A stretch of 64,000 nucleotides of DNA from an uncultured Prochlorococcus sp. (GCF_902626525.1 NZ_CACOFR010000004.1:2525-66524); one strand, 5' to 3'; counted from the first letter of the stretch, positions 51,687-62,536 are shown. Notes: generated from the letters alone by a model not told the origin. A program made the numbers and translations.

Positions 51687-53015
51687 ATGACTATAAGATT
51701 AGTTTTAGTTAGGCATGGACTAAGTAGTTTCAATGCAAAAGGATTAATTCAGGGGAGGACAGATGATTCTTTATTAACTGATGAAGGATATGAACAAGCT
51801 TTTAAAGCAGGGGAAGCATTATCAAAAATAAGCTTCGATAAAATCTATTCATCCCCTCTAGTAAGGGCTGCAGAGACTGCAAAAACAATTAGAAAGAGCT
51901 TTAATAAAGAACAAGAGATCGTATTTGATAAAAATTTATTAGAAGTAGACCTTAGTAGTTGGTCTGGTCTAAAAATTGATGAAATAAAAAACAAATTTCC
52001 AGAAATTTACCCTATATGGAAAAACAACCCAGAAAATCTAATTTTAAAACGTACTAATAATAAATCTTATAAACCAATTCAAGAATTATTTGATCAAGCT
52101 AAAACTTTTATAGAAGAAATATTAAAGATTTATTTAGATAAAGATGATGTAAATCTTTTAATAGTTGGACATAATGCGATTCTTAGATGTTTAATACTTT
52201 TGCTAATAGGCAAGCCTAAACAAGGTTTTAGGAAAATAAGATTAGAAAATGCCTCTTTCTCAATTCTTAATATTTTAAGCCACAATAATTCTTTCAAAAC
52301 ACAAATTGAATGTTTAAATCAAACGTCTCATCTAAATAAAAATATTCCTAGTCAAATTGGGGATTCAAGAATATTTTTAATAAGGCATGGTGAAACAAAC
52401 TGGAATAAAGAAGGTAGATTCCAAGGACAAATTGATATTCCTTTAAACGAAAATGGCAAAGATCAAGCGAGAAAAACTTTTGAATATTTAAAAAATATTT
52501 CATTCAATAAAGCTTTTTCAAGTTCAATGAATAGGCCTTACGAGACAGCAAAAATAATTCTTCAAAATAAAAAAGATCTAAATATAGAAAAAATAGATTC
52601 ACTTGTAGAAATTAGCCACGGATTATGGGAAGGTAAACTAGAGACAGAAATAAGAGAACAATGGCCAATTTTACTAAAAAATTGGCATGATAAACCCGAA
52701 GAAGTCATAATGCCCGAAGGCGAATCTATAAAAGAAGTATCGGAAAGGTCCATAGATGCTTTTGAAGAAATATGTTTATCTCAAAAAAATAATGATTTAA
52801 CTCTCCTAGTGGCTCATGATGCAGTCAATAAAACTCTTATTTGCAATATCATTGGGATTAATTATTCAAATATTTGGATGATAAAGCAAGGTAATGGTGG
52901 CATAACTGTGATTGACCTCTTTGATGATCCCTCTAAACCTCCTGTGATTAGTGCTTTAAACATAACAACACATCTTGGTGGGGTAATTGATGCAACTGCT
53001 TCTGGAGCACTTTAA
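51687..53015 (+). CDS. Tandem histidine-phosphatase (dPGM-family) protein
   Basis: Two complete domains, each opening with an RHG motif (LVRHGLSSFN and LIRHGETNWN). Confidence 0.8.
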   Translation: MTIRLVLVRHGLSSFNAKGLIQGRTDDSLLTDEGYEQAFKAGEALSKISFDKIYSSPLVRAAETAKTIRKSFNKEQEIVFDKNLLEVDLSSWSGLKIDEIKNKFPEIYPIWKNNPENLILKRTNNKSYKPIQELFDQAKTFIEEILKIYLDKDDVNLLIVGHNAILRCLILLLIGKPKQGFRKIRLENASFSILNILSHNNSFKTQIECLNQTSHLNKNIPSQIGDSRIFLIRHGETNWNKEGRFQGQIDIPLNENGKDQARKTFEYLKNISFNKAFSSSMNRPYETAKIILQNKKDLNIEKIDSLVEISHGLWEGKLETEIREQWPILLKNWHDKPEEVIMPEGESIKEVSERSIDAFEEICLSQKNNDLTLLVAHDAVNKTLICNIIGINYSNIWMIKQGNGGITVIDLFDDPSKPPVISALNITTHLGGVIDATASGAL

Positions 53016-53081
53016 ATTAAAAAAAATTTTTTTAAAAAAAATTATTTGATAAAGGATGAGGCAGTAATAAGGCTTAATTTA

Positions 53082-53735
53082 TTAAAAAAATTCAACTTTA
53101 CTTAGAGGCCAAAATCTTAAATAAGCTTTCCCGATTATCTCCTTTTTGTGAAGAAATTTACTTCCCGGCCAATATCTTCCATCCCAGCTATTTGATCTAT
53201 TATCACCTAAAACCAAAAAATGATCTTCGGGAACTTTAATATTTTCAAATTCACCACAGTTATCAAAAAGAGGTAATGAGCACTTATAAGATACATAAGG
53301 TTCGGGAATTAATTTATTGTTTATTATTACTTCACCTTTATTATTTACACTCACAATTTCTCCAGGGAGTGCCACTACTCTCTTAATATAAGCGTCGCAA
53401 GCTTGATCCCTCAAACCAGGGATAAAAGACATTGGAGGAAAACTCATAAAAAAACAATATCTTTTTTTTGGTAAAGGTTTTAATCTCGATGAAATTAGTT
53501 TTTTATCAAATGAGTGAGGAGATTTAAAAACAACCATATCTCCTCTTTTTGGCAATGAGTTCTTTAGAGAAATTTTTTCAATTATTAACCTATCATTAAT
53601 TTTTAATTCTGGAAGCATAGAACCAGAGGGGATATATCGAGGTTCTGCAAAAAAAGAATTACAAGAAGAAACAAAAAAAGGGAATGCAATTAATAGACCC
53701 CATTCCTTTAAAAAACTTTTAATAAAAGCAGGCAT
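53082..53735 (-). CDS. lepB: Signal peptidase I
   Basis: IPSGSMLPEL (catalytic Ser), YIKRVVALPGE and GDNRSNSWDGRYW motifs. Confidence 0.9.
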   Translation of the reverse strand: MPAFIKSFLKEWGLLIAFPFFVSSCNSFFAEPRYIPSGSMLPELKINDRLIIEKISLKNSLPKRGDMVVFKSPHSFDKKLISSRLKPLPKKRYCFFMSFPPMSFIPGLRDQACDAYIKRVVALPGEIVSVNNKGEVIINNKLIPEPYVSYKCSLPLFDNCGEFENIKVPEDHFLVLGDNRSNSWDGRYWPGSKFLHKKEIIGKAYLRFWPLSKVEFF

Positions 53736-53792
53736 AAATTTATAAGACTCTTGATTTTCTTACCTTACATAAATTGTTTGGAATATTCAAAT

Positions 53793-54089
53793 TCAACAAA
53801 TCCTTACATTACTTTTTTCTTCATGAATCAAAAATGGTCTTTTTATTAATTTGCCATCACTTAAAATAAGTCGATTAATTTCTTCTCTTGATAAATCAAA
53901 AATATCAAGATTAAAAGTTTTAAAGGCTTAACCTCTTGCATTAAAAATCCTTTTCTTATCCTCAAAGTATTTTTCTAAAGATAGATTTAAATAATTAAAA
54001 ATTGATGGTTCTTTTACAATATCAATTAATTAAAAATTCAAAATCTTTTTATAAAGCAATTATGCTTCGTCTAAGCAAGTAAAGCATTT
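53793..54089 (-). pseudogene. Decayed ArsC/Spx (YffB-like) family gene: one frame, three in-frame TAA codons, no start
   Basis: My translation gives KCFTCLDEA*LLYKKILNF*LIDIVKEPS...IFNARG*AFKTF...GKLIKRPFLIHEEK. It shows the CxTC, NxRG and IKRP(F/L)L family motifs. The stops lie at 54060-62, 54030-32 and 53928-30. Confidence 0.6.
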
Positions 54090-54115
54090 TTAATAACTAA
54101 TAAAAAATTATTTTT

Positions 54116-54670
54116 TTAATTTAATTTACTAATTTTTGACTTCTTAAGGACTTTAAAGTTTTTCTTTTTTAGCGGTGTACAATTTTTCAATATATTCTCA
54201 ACTACATTAAAATCCCTCCAACCATCAATTTGAACTGTTCTTCCATCAAGTCCTTTACTAGTTCTAAAAAATTCAGCAACATCCTCAAGCTGATTGGGAG
54301 CAATTTGATTAATACTTACTATGTTGGCTTGTCTAGGATTAGCCATAGGAACACATAAAATTTTTCCGTCATATGCACCACAATCATGCATATCTAAAAC
54401 TCCAATAGGTCTAGCTTTTATTAAGCAGCCAGCAAAAGTAGGTTCATCCATTATCACCATCGCATCAAGAGGAGCGCCATCATCTGCAAGGGTATTTGGG
54501 ATGAAACCATAATCAAAAGGGTACCTCACTGAAGAATGCAAAACTCTATCTAATGCCATTATTCCTGCTTCAGAGCAATATTCATATTTATTCCTGCTTC
54601 CTGCAGGTATTTCAACAACTATATTTACTATTCCCTTCATTGGAGATGGAGGTATTGAACTAAGATCCAT
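54116..54670 (-). CDS. ppa: Inorganic pyrophosphatase (family I)
   Basis: VVEIPAGSRNKYEY, YPFDYGFIP and DGAPLDA motifs. Confidence 0.9.
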   Translation of the reverse strand: MDLSSIPPSPMKGIVNIVVEIPAGSRNKYEYCSEAGIMALDRVLHSSVRYPFDYGFIPNTLADDGAPLDAMVIMDEPTFAGCLIKARPIGVLDMHDCGAYDGKILCVPMANPRQANIVSINQIAPNQLEDVAEFFRTSKGLDGRTVQIDGWRDFNVVENILKNCTPLKKKNFKVLKKSKISKLN

Positions 54671-54914
54671 CTTTTTTAAAATCTTGATTAAAAATTATCT
54701 CGTTTCCTTGAGAGAGAGGTCTTCCAATAAAAATACTTACCAAAGGTAATAAAAATGTAAGGAAGGCAAAAATAATACCTAAAGATGTTATGGATAAACT
54801 CCTTATACTTAAGGGGTCATCATCATCTTTTTCAAAATCACTTAAAGCATAATCTAGAGAAGGTTCTTCGCCTAATGTGCTTTTAATAAAGTGCTTTGAT
54901 TTTGTATAACTCAA
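54660..54914 (-). CDS. Small membrane protein (84 aa), hypothetical
   Basis: Acidic N-terminus plus one TM helix. Overlaps the ppa start by 11 nt. Confidence 0.4.
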   Translation of the reverse strand: MSYTKSKHFIKSTLGEEPSLDYALSDFEKDDDDPLSIRSLSITSLGIIFAFLTFLLPLVSIFIGRPLSQGNEIIFNQDFKKDGS

Positions 54915-55009
54915 GAACTCTTAATTGTTAATGTTAAGGAGATAATTGAACACCACTATCCTACATTCTAAATGTCAATAAATCAAAACATTAGCCAGCA
55001 ATTTTTAAA

Positions 55010-55360
55010 TTATTCTTTCTCTAGCAACGACCGAATAGATTTTAATTCATCTAAAATTTGAACTAGTATATTTTGAGCCGCTGAGGAAGGTGTATTAAAT
55101 ACTTCGACAGTTACCTCCTTTATTCTGAGAATATCTTTTGCAAATCTTGCTACTTCATTAGGATGAAATTTTAAAGGGTCTTTTTGATCAGTTCTAAATT
55201 CGGGGTTTAATTTTCTTGGATTGAAACTTGGGTTTAGATTTCTTAAATCAGTATTTGTATATCTGTAAACAGAAGCTCTTGATCTATTTAGGAATTTTTG
55301 AACTTCATCAATACCTACTAATTCCTCTGCGCTTGAAATATTAGAATCAATATTTTCCAT
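55010..55360 (-). CDS. Helix-turn-helix (excisionase/MerR-like HTH) small protein
   Basis: The VQKFLNRSRASVYRYTN segment looks like an HTH_17-type recognition unit. No other motif. Confidence 0.4.
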   Translation of the reverse strand: MENIDSNISSAEELVGIDEVQKFLNRSRASVYRYTNTDLRNLNPSFNPRKLNPEFRTDQKDPLKFHPNEVARFAKDILRIKEVTVEVFNTPSSAAQNILVQILDELKSIRSLLEKE

Positions 55361-55531
55361 AACCTAAAAAATGTTTAGAAATAATGAAATTTGTTAAAGC
55401 TAAAATTCCATTACTGAAGAAGCTAGCAGAAACAATATATCTAGACTAGTTGCGTTGAGGGACTCAAGACACTTTTTATTTTTTTTTACATTTTAGTTGA
55501 TAAAATTAGTTATTCTTAATGATTATTTTGT

Positions 55532-57334
55532 ATGCGCGTGACCACCTCATTTCCTCTGGGGACACTTCGTAACACACCTTCTGAAGCTGAAATTATTTCA
55601 CATCAACTACTTTTAAAAGCTGGTTACATCCGAAGAATCAATAGTGGCATTTACGCATACATGCCATTAATGCTTAGAGTTATTGAAAAAATATCCTCAA
55701 TAATTGAAAAAGAACTTAATACTATTGGTTGCACTAAGTTACTTTTACCTCAACTTCATCCTGCAGAGTTATGGAAAAAAAGTGAAAGATGGGAAGGATA
55801 TACTGCAGGGGAAGGAATAATGTTTAATCTCAAAGATAGACAAGGTAAAGAATTTGGTTTAGCTCCCACTCATGAAGAAGTAATCACGAGTATTGCATCA
55901 GAGATCATTAATTCCTACAAGCAATTGCCTCAATGTTTCTATCAAATTCAGACAAAATTTAGAGATGAGATAAGACCAAGGTTTGGATTAATGAGAAGTA
56001 GAGAATTTATAATGAAAGATGGTTATTCTTTTCATTCTTCAGAAAACGATCTAGCTTCATTTTATGAAAAGATGGGCATTGCTTATGAAAATATTTTTAA
56101 ATCTTGTGGACTGCAGACAGTAGGGGTTGAAGCAGATAGTGGAGCTATTGGAGGTGCCTCCTCTAAAGAATTTATGGTCACTGCAGATGCTGGTGAAGAT
56201 TCAATTTTGTTTACACAAAGCGGTTCTTATGCAGCAAATATTGAAAAAGCTGTTTCTATACCCTCTCAACCTATTCCAATTAGAGATAATATTTCTGGCT
56301 TAATAGAGACACCTCAACAAAAAACAATCCTCGAAGTTTGTAAAAATAATAATTTAGACCCTACTCAAATTATTAAAGTCGTAGTATTCATTGCAAAGTT
56401 TGAGAGTAAAGCCGAAATTCCCATTCTTGCATGTATAAGAGGTGATCAACATATCAATGAAGTAAAACTTTTTAACTTAGTAAATAAACTTCATAATTCC
56501 AACCTTCTTAATCTTAAGAAAATTGAAGACAAAAACATTATCGAAAAAAACCTAGTAGATTTTCCTTTCGGCTTTATAGGTCCAGACTTAGATAATAAAA
56601 CTATTAAAGCGAGTTCTAATTGGAATAAAACTTGGACTAGAATAATTGATAGCTCTGCAAGTAGTCTCTCAAAATTTGTAAGTGGCGCGAATAAAGTTAA
56701 TTTCCATAAAGTTTTTCAGTCATTTTCTTTTGCTTCAAACGATTATTTAGTTGAAGATATTAGGAACGCCAAGAAAGGGGATAAGATAAAAATTAACAAT
56801 AATGAGGTACTGAAAGAAAAAAAGGGTATAGAGATTGGACATATATTTCAATTAGGTCAAAAATATAGTGAAAAATTAAATGCCAAGTTTTCTGATAAGG
56901 ATGGTCAGTTGAGAAATTTATGGATGGGTTGTTATGGAATTGGAGTAACAAGAATAGCCCAAGCTGCTATTGAGCAGAATCACGATCAAAATGGAATTTG
57001 CTGGCCAATCCAGATTTCTCCTTTTGAAGTTATTATTATTCCAACAAACCTAAAAGACCAGATTCAAAGAGACCTTACTGAGCAAATATATAACAATTTG
57101 AAAATTAATAAAATTCAAGTGCTTCTTGATGATAGGGACGACAGAGCGGGTGTGAAATTTAAAGATGCAGAATTAATTGGTATTCCTTTTCAGATAATTA
57201 TCGGTAGAGATGCTATCAACAAAGAAGTAGAACTTTTATGCAGGTCAAATAATACTAAATTGAAAATTGATGCCAATAATTTATTGGAAACGTTTATTAA
57301 GGAATCAAAAATAATGTACAATAAAAATTCTTAA
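55532..57334 (+). CDS. proS: Prolyl-tRNA synthetase (bacterial type with editing insertion)
   Basis: Class II motifs FRDE.RPRFGL.R.REF and GCYGIGV.R; 600 aa. Confidence 0.95.
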   Translation: MRVTTSFPLGTLRNTPSEAEIISHQLLLKAGYIRRINSGIYAYMPLMLRVIEKISSIIEKELNTIGCTKLLLPQLHPAELWKKSERWEGYTAGEGIMFNLKDRQGKEFGLAPTHEEVITSIASEIINSYKQLPQCFYQIQTKFRDEIRPRFGLMRSREFIMKDGYSFHSSENDLASFYEKMGIAYENIFKSCGLQTVGVEADSGAIGGASSKEFMVTADAGEDSILFTQSGSYAANIEKAVSIPSQPIPIRDNISGLIETPQQKTILEVCKNNNLDPTQIIKVVVFIAKFESKAEIPILACIRGDQHINEVKLFNLVNKLHNSNLLNLKKIEDKNIIEKNLVDFPFGFIGPDLDNKTIKASSNWNKTWTRIIDSSASSLSKFVSGANKVNFHKVFQSFSFASNDYLVEDIRNAKKGDKIKINNNEVLKEKKGIEIGHIFQLGQKYSEKLNAKFSDKDGQLRNLWMGCYGIGVTRIAQAAIEQNHDQNGICWPIQISPFEVIIIPTNLKDQIQRDLTEQIYNNLKINKIQVLLDDRDDRAGVKFKDAELIGIPFQIIIGRDAINKEVELLCRSNNTKLKIDANNLLETFIKESKIMYNKNS

Positions 57335-57358
57335 GGCTAAATTTTTAGGAGCTAAGTT

Positions 57359-57796
57359 ATGTTACTGAAATGGACATCAGAATTAATTTTTAAAAATCTT
57401 ACCAAAGCTATATCTTTTACACTTTCTTTGATTGTTGTTTTTACATTATTTAGTTCCCCCTCAATAGCTGCAAAAACCGCTATGACAGGTGACTATGCAA
57501 AAGATACAATTTCGGTTGTTAAAGAACTACAAACAGCTGTTGATACTCCAAAAGATTCTCCAAATAAAGATGAAGTAAGAATTGAGGCTCTTACACTTAT
57601 AACTGACTATATTTCCAGATACAGAAATAGAGGGATGGTTAATAAAACTCAATCATTTACCACCATGCAAACAGCATTAAATGCTATGGCAGGTCATTAC
57701 AAAAACTTTGCAAGTAGACCAATACCAGATAAACTTAAGGAGCGTTTAACCAAAGAATTTTCTCTTGCTGAAAAAATGGTTCTAAGAGAAAGTTGA
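57359..57796 (+). CDS. psb27: Photosystem II assembly factor Psb27
   Basis: Motifs MTGDYAKDT..VV..L, YISRYR, and SFTTMQTALNAMAGHY...RPIP.KLK. Confidence 0.7.
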   Translation: MLLKWTSELIFKNLTKAISFTLSLIVVFTLFSSPSIAAKTAMTGDYAKDTISVVKELQTAVDTPKDSPNKDEVRIEALTLITDYISRYRNRGMVNKTQSFTTMQTALNAMAGHYKNFASRPIPDKLKERLTKEFSLAEKMVLRES

Positions 57797-57823
57797 TACA
57801 ATTCATTTACTTTTTAAAAGTAA

Positions 57824-59188
<1,365 letters not shown>

Positions 59189-59202
59189 TTTAGTTAAAAG
59201 TA

Positions 59203-60213
59203 ATGAAGGAATCCTTTAGACATTTTGAACAGAATAAAAAGGTTGATCTCATTGGTCTGGGCAACGCAATAGTAGATATTATTGTAAATATTGAAGATGA
59301 GTTTCTTGAGATAAATAATCTGGATAAAGGATCAATGAATCTAATTAACTCTGATGAATCTCAGTCATTATTAAAGAAATGCAAAGTGATCAAACAAATA
59401 TCAGGGGGGTCCTCTGCAAATACCGTTGTCTGTTTAGCAGAGTTAGGAAATCATGTGCAGTTTATTGGAAGGGTGAAAAATGATCAATTTGGGAATTTCT
59501 TTTCAGATGATATAAAAAAAAGTAAAACTATATTTAATACTCCACCAACTATTGAAGGCGCTCCAACAGCTCATTCAATCATTTTGATCACACCGGATGC
59601 ACAAAGAACTATGTGCACTTACCTAGGAGCATCTATAGAGTTTGAACCCAAAGACATAGATTTTAGTAAACTCAAAGAAAGTAAATACTTATATTTAGAA
59701 GGGTATTTATGGGACAGCGAATTAGCTAAAAATGCTTTTCTTAAAGCCGCTCAAATTGCAAAACAATCTAATACCAAAATAATTCTTTCATTATCTGATT
59801 CATTTTGTATAGATAGACACCGAGAGAGTTTCTTGGAATTAATTAATGATTATGTAGATATAGTTTTTTGTAATGAAGCCGAGGTGTTGAGTCTTTTCAA
59901 AAAGGATAAATTAGCAAATTGCCAAGGAGACCTCTCATCCTTGTGTGAATTAGTCGTCGTAACTTTAGGTGGCAATGGTTCTCTCATAATTAACAAAAAT
60001 GCTATTGAAGTAATTAAATCAATTACGAAAGGGAAGATTATTGATACAACAGGAGCGGGAGATATTTATGCAGGAGGATTTATTCATGGATTAATAAAAA
60101 ATTATCCCCTTAAAAAATGCGGAGAGATTGGTTCAATTTGTGCTGGGCAAATAATTACAGAATTAGGATCTAGATCCAATATAGATTATAAAGAGCTAAT
60201 AAAAGAAACTTAA
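59203..60213 (+). CDS. PfkB-family sugar/nucleoside kinase (adenosine-kinase-like)
   Basis: GGSSANT N-terminal motif and C-terminal DTTGAGD motif. Confidence 0.8.
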   Translation: MKESFRHFEQNKKVDLIGLGNAIVDIIVNIEDEFLEINNLDKGSMNLINSDESQSLLKKCKVIKQISGGSSANTVVCLAELGNHVQFIGRVKNDQFGNFFSDDIKKSKTIFNTPPTIEGAPTAHSIILITPDAQRTMCTYLGASIEFEPKDIDFSKLKESKYLYLEGYLWDSELAKNAFLKAAQIAKQSNTKIILSLSDSFCIDRHRESFLELINDYVDIVFCNEAEVLSLFKKDKLANCQGDLSSLCELVVVTLGGNGSLIINKNAIEVIKSITKGKIIDTTGAGDIYAGGFIHGLIKNYPLKKCGEIGSICAGQIITELGSRSNIDYKELIKET

Positions 60214-60519
60214 TCAAATAGTCTTGTTGATCCAATCATAATATTTCATCTCAGAATAGTATTTTTTGTAAATAATTTGTGGGACATCATAAGTAGAAAT
60301 TTTATTTAAGAACTCAATTAAATAATCTTTAAATTCTGGTTTACTTTTTATTGTAATTTCAAACTCTTTAGTTTCTTTAATATCATCATCCCATTCATAA
60401 AGTGAAAAAATTTGCTTTATTGAAACACATGCTGCAAGTTTATTTTGAATTAGTAATTTAGCCATATGCAAAGCATTTGTTTTACTTGATTCAGTTGTAA
60501 TCATAACCAAAACTTCCAT
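60214..60519 (-). CDS. cutA: Divalent-cation tolerance protein CutA
   Basis: ~100 aa with KLAACVSI...Y.W and EF..YL motifs. Confidence 0.8.
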   Translation of the reverse strand: MEVLVMITTESSKTNALHMAKLLIQNKLAACVSIKQIFSLYEWDDDIKETKEFEITIKSKPEFKDYLIEFLNKISTYDVPQIIYKKYYSEMKYYDWINKTI

Positions 60520-60521
60520 AA

Positions 60522-61328
60522 TTAAAAATCAATATTTGTTTTAATTATGTGATTTATCAAATTCTGGTATTGATTGAAAGAATAAGAATAATCATTTTTA
60601 ACTTTTGGCCTTTTTACCAAAAATAACTTCATTTTACTTTCAGAAATTATACTTTCCCAGTGTTTCTGGGAATAACTTCCTGACTCTCTACATAGTACAT
60701 AATCTATCCCCCAAAGATCGCAAAGTTTTTTTTCTAGAATTCCTCCCTCACTTCTACTTGGTTCAAGTATCGCTATATTTGTATTTTTTATACATGATCC
60801 AAAAGCTTTAGTTATACTCTCGTAAGTTGGAAGAACTCTTGCAAATACATTCGCTTTACAATTTAGATAGTAATTAGCAGTATCATTCAGAAATCTTGAA
60901 CCTATTGCGAGCAGAATGTTCTTATTTTCTAGATCACCCTCATTAATGTCCTTTAAATCATTAATATAATAAAAATTGTCAGTGTCATTTACTAGAGATT
61001 TCCTCTCATATACTAGAAGTGGTATATTAATTTCGCTACATGCATCATTAAGATATTTAGAAATTATTACTGCGAAAGGATGGGTGGCATCAACGACATA
61101 TTTGATTTGATTTTTTTTTATGAAATTAATAATTTCAACTCTATTATTAAGTTTGCCCGTAATGATATGTAACTTTGGGTTTTTAATATAAGCTTGACTT
61201 GCTCTATAAGTTAAAACACTTGCAAAAACTGAATAGTTAAGTTCAAGAAGTCTATTTGCTATTACAGGACCATCTGAAGTTCCTGATAGGATCCAAACAT
61301 TTTCGTAGCAATTTTCTTTATTCTGCAT
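60522..61328 (-). CDS. cobK: Precorrin-6A / cobalt-precorrin-6A reductase
   Basis: VWILSGTSDG N-terminus, DATHPFA and SGS motifs. Confidence 0.75.
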   Translation of the reverse strand: MQNKENCYENVWILSGTSDGPVIANRLLELNYSVFASVLTYRASQAYIKNPKLHIITGKLNNRVEIINFIKKNQIKYVVDATHPFAVIISKYLNDACSEINIPLLVYERKSLVNDTDNFYYINDLKDINEGDLENKNILLAIGSRFLNDTANYYLNCKANVFARVLPTYESITKAFGSCIKNTNIAILEPSRSEGGILEKKLCDLWGIDYVLCRESGSYSQKHWESIISESKMKLFLVKRPKVKNDYSYSFNQYQNLINHIIKTNIDF

Positions 61329-61332
61329 CAGT

Positions 61333-61782
61333 ATGTCTTTAATTAAATCAAAAGTAATGAATCATTGTTTAATTCAAGCGGTAATTAACAGCGCTCCACA
61401 AATGAGGTATACCAAAGAAAGCCAAACTCCAATTGCCGAAATGATTGTTAATTTTAAAGGATTACGTAGTGAAGATCCAACAAGAGAACTCAAAATATTA
61501 GGTTGGGGCAATATTGCCCAAGAAATGGTAGATGAACTAAAGGAGGGACAAAACATTGTAATTGAGGGACGTCTAAAAATGAATTCAGTAACTAGAAAAG
61601 ACGGTACTAAAGAAAAACAACCAGAACTAACAGCATCAAAGATTCATCAAATAACTTCAGTTGAGCATCCTAAGCCCTCTCACAAAGAAAATAATGGATC
61701 ATTTGATAAAAAAGAAACCAAAAAAGATTCCAGTTGGGATAGCTCACCTTTGGTGCCCGAAGTTGATGAAATACCTTTTTAA
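61333..61782 (+). CDS. ssb: Single-stranded DNA-binding protein (likely start at ATG 61357)
   Basis: OB-fold N-terminal half (RYT..S.TPIAEM...W) and an acidic C-terminal tip ending DEIPF. Confidence 0.85.
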   Translation: MSLIKSKVMNHCLIQAVINSAPQMRYTKESQTPIAEMIVNFKGLRSEDPTRELKILGWGNIAQEMVDELKEGQNIVIEGRLKMNSVTRKDGTKEKQPELTASKIHQITSVEHPKPSHKENNGSFDKKETKKDSSWDSSPLVPEVDEIPF

Positions 61783-61783
61783 A

Positions 61784-61981
61784 TTAAATTTCAACATTAT
61801 TTTCTTGAACACTTATAATTAACTTGCTTATTTTTCTTTCAAGCGCAGCAAGTTCGCTTCTGATTTCTGGCCATTTACCCTTATCAAGATTTTCTAATAG
61901 CCAAGCTCTATCTTGATCAAGTTTAAAAATTAAATCTCCTTGATTTGCAGTATTAGGATCTTGCATAATAGTTGTTATCAC
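61784..61981 (-). CDS. Hypothetical small protein (65 aa)
   Basis: ORF only. Confidence 0.3.
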   Translation of the reverse strand: MITTIMQDPNTANQGDLIFKLDQDRAWLLENLDKGKWPEIRSELAALERKISKLIISVQENNVEI

Positions 61982-61999
61982 ATTTAATTATCATTTTAA

Positions 62000-62536
62000 T
62001 TGATCAAAATGAAGAAATACTTATCGCCTGGAAATTTAATCATAACAATTGGAGGGATATTAGCTTTTATTGGGTTGACTGCTTATTTTACAGATTCAGT
62101 AAACTTAAGTGTACCTACTTTTTTTTATGGAGTACCTATTTTCCTAATTGGTCTAGCTCTAAAGACTACTGAGATACCTCCAGTAAAATTGTTTGACGTA
62201 GAAAATTTTAAAAATAATAGATTCAATAGGCCAAAAGAATTAACGGCACTTGTAAATGATGTGACAAGATGGAGATATGGAACAGCTCACCTTGAATCGT
62301 CTCTAGAAGCTTTAAATTTATGGAGTGAAGAAAATCCTCCACAACTGAAAGAGGTTGAGGAAATTACTAAAGAAGATAAAAATGGGTTAAGAATGCGTTT
62401 TGAACTAAATGCCGTTCCTTATGAAAAATGGATTCAGAAACAAGAAAGATTAAACAGGTTTTTTGTCAAAGGTCTTGAATCAGAATTTATTATCGACGAT
62501 AATAAAAAAGAATTTGATTTTATTCTCTTTTATTGA
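62000..62536 (+). CDS. Conserved-looking membrane protein (two N-terminal TM helices plus a soluble domain)
   Basis: Hydrophobic N-terminal segments. Family not recognised with certainty. Confidence 0.4.
   Translation: MIKMKKYLSPGNLIITIGGILAFIGLTAYFTDSVNLSVPTFFYGVPIFLIGLALKTTEIPPVKLFDVENFKNNRFNRPKELTALVNDVTRWRYGTAHLESSLEALNLWSEENPPQLKEVEEITKEDKNGLRMRFELNAVPYEKWIQKQERLNRFFVKGLESEFIIDDNKKEFDFILFY

Noticed and set aside
42398-55360. The integrase (42398-43567) plus the excisionase-like HTH (55010-55360) as the two ends of a mobile island.
   Set aside because: The ~12 kb between them is entirely core metabolism and cell division (cobO, pyrH, frr, tal, ftsI, lepB, ppa). It shows no compositional break visible by eye, no flanking direct repeats and no tRNA.
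55456-55492. A plus-strand hairpin plus long T-run as an intrinsic terminator of an sRNA upstream of proS.
   Set aside because: The stem is only 5 bp (TTGAG/CTCAA) with a 3-nt loop, is separated from the T-run by GACAC, and has no convincing promoter upstream. It is kept only as a low-interest note.
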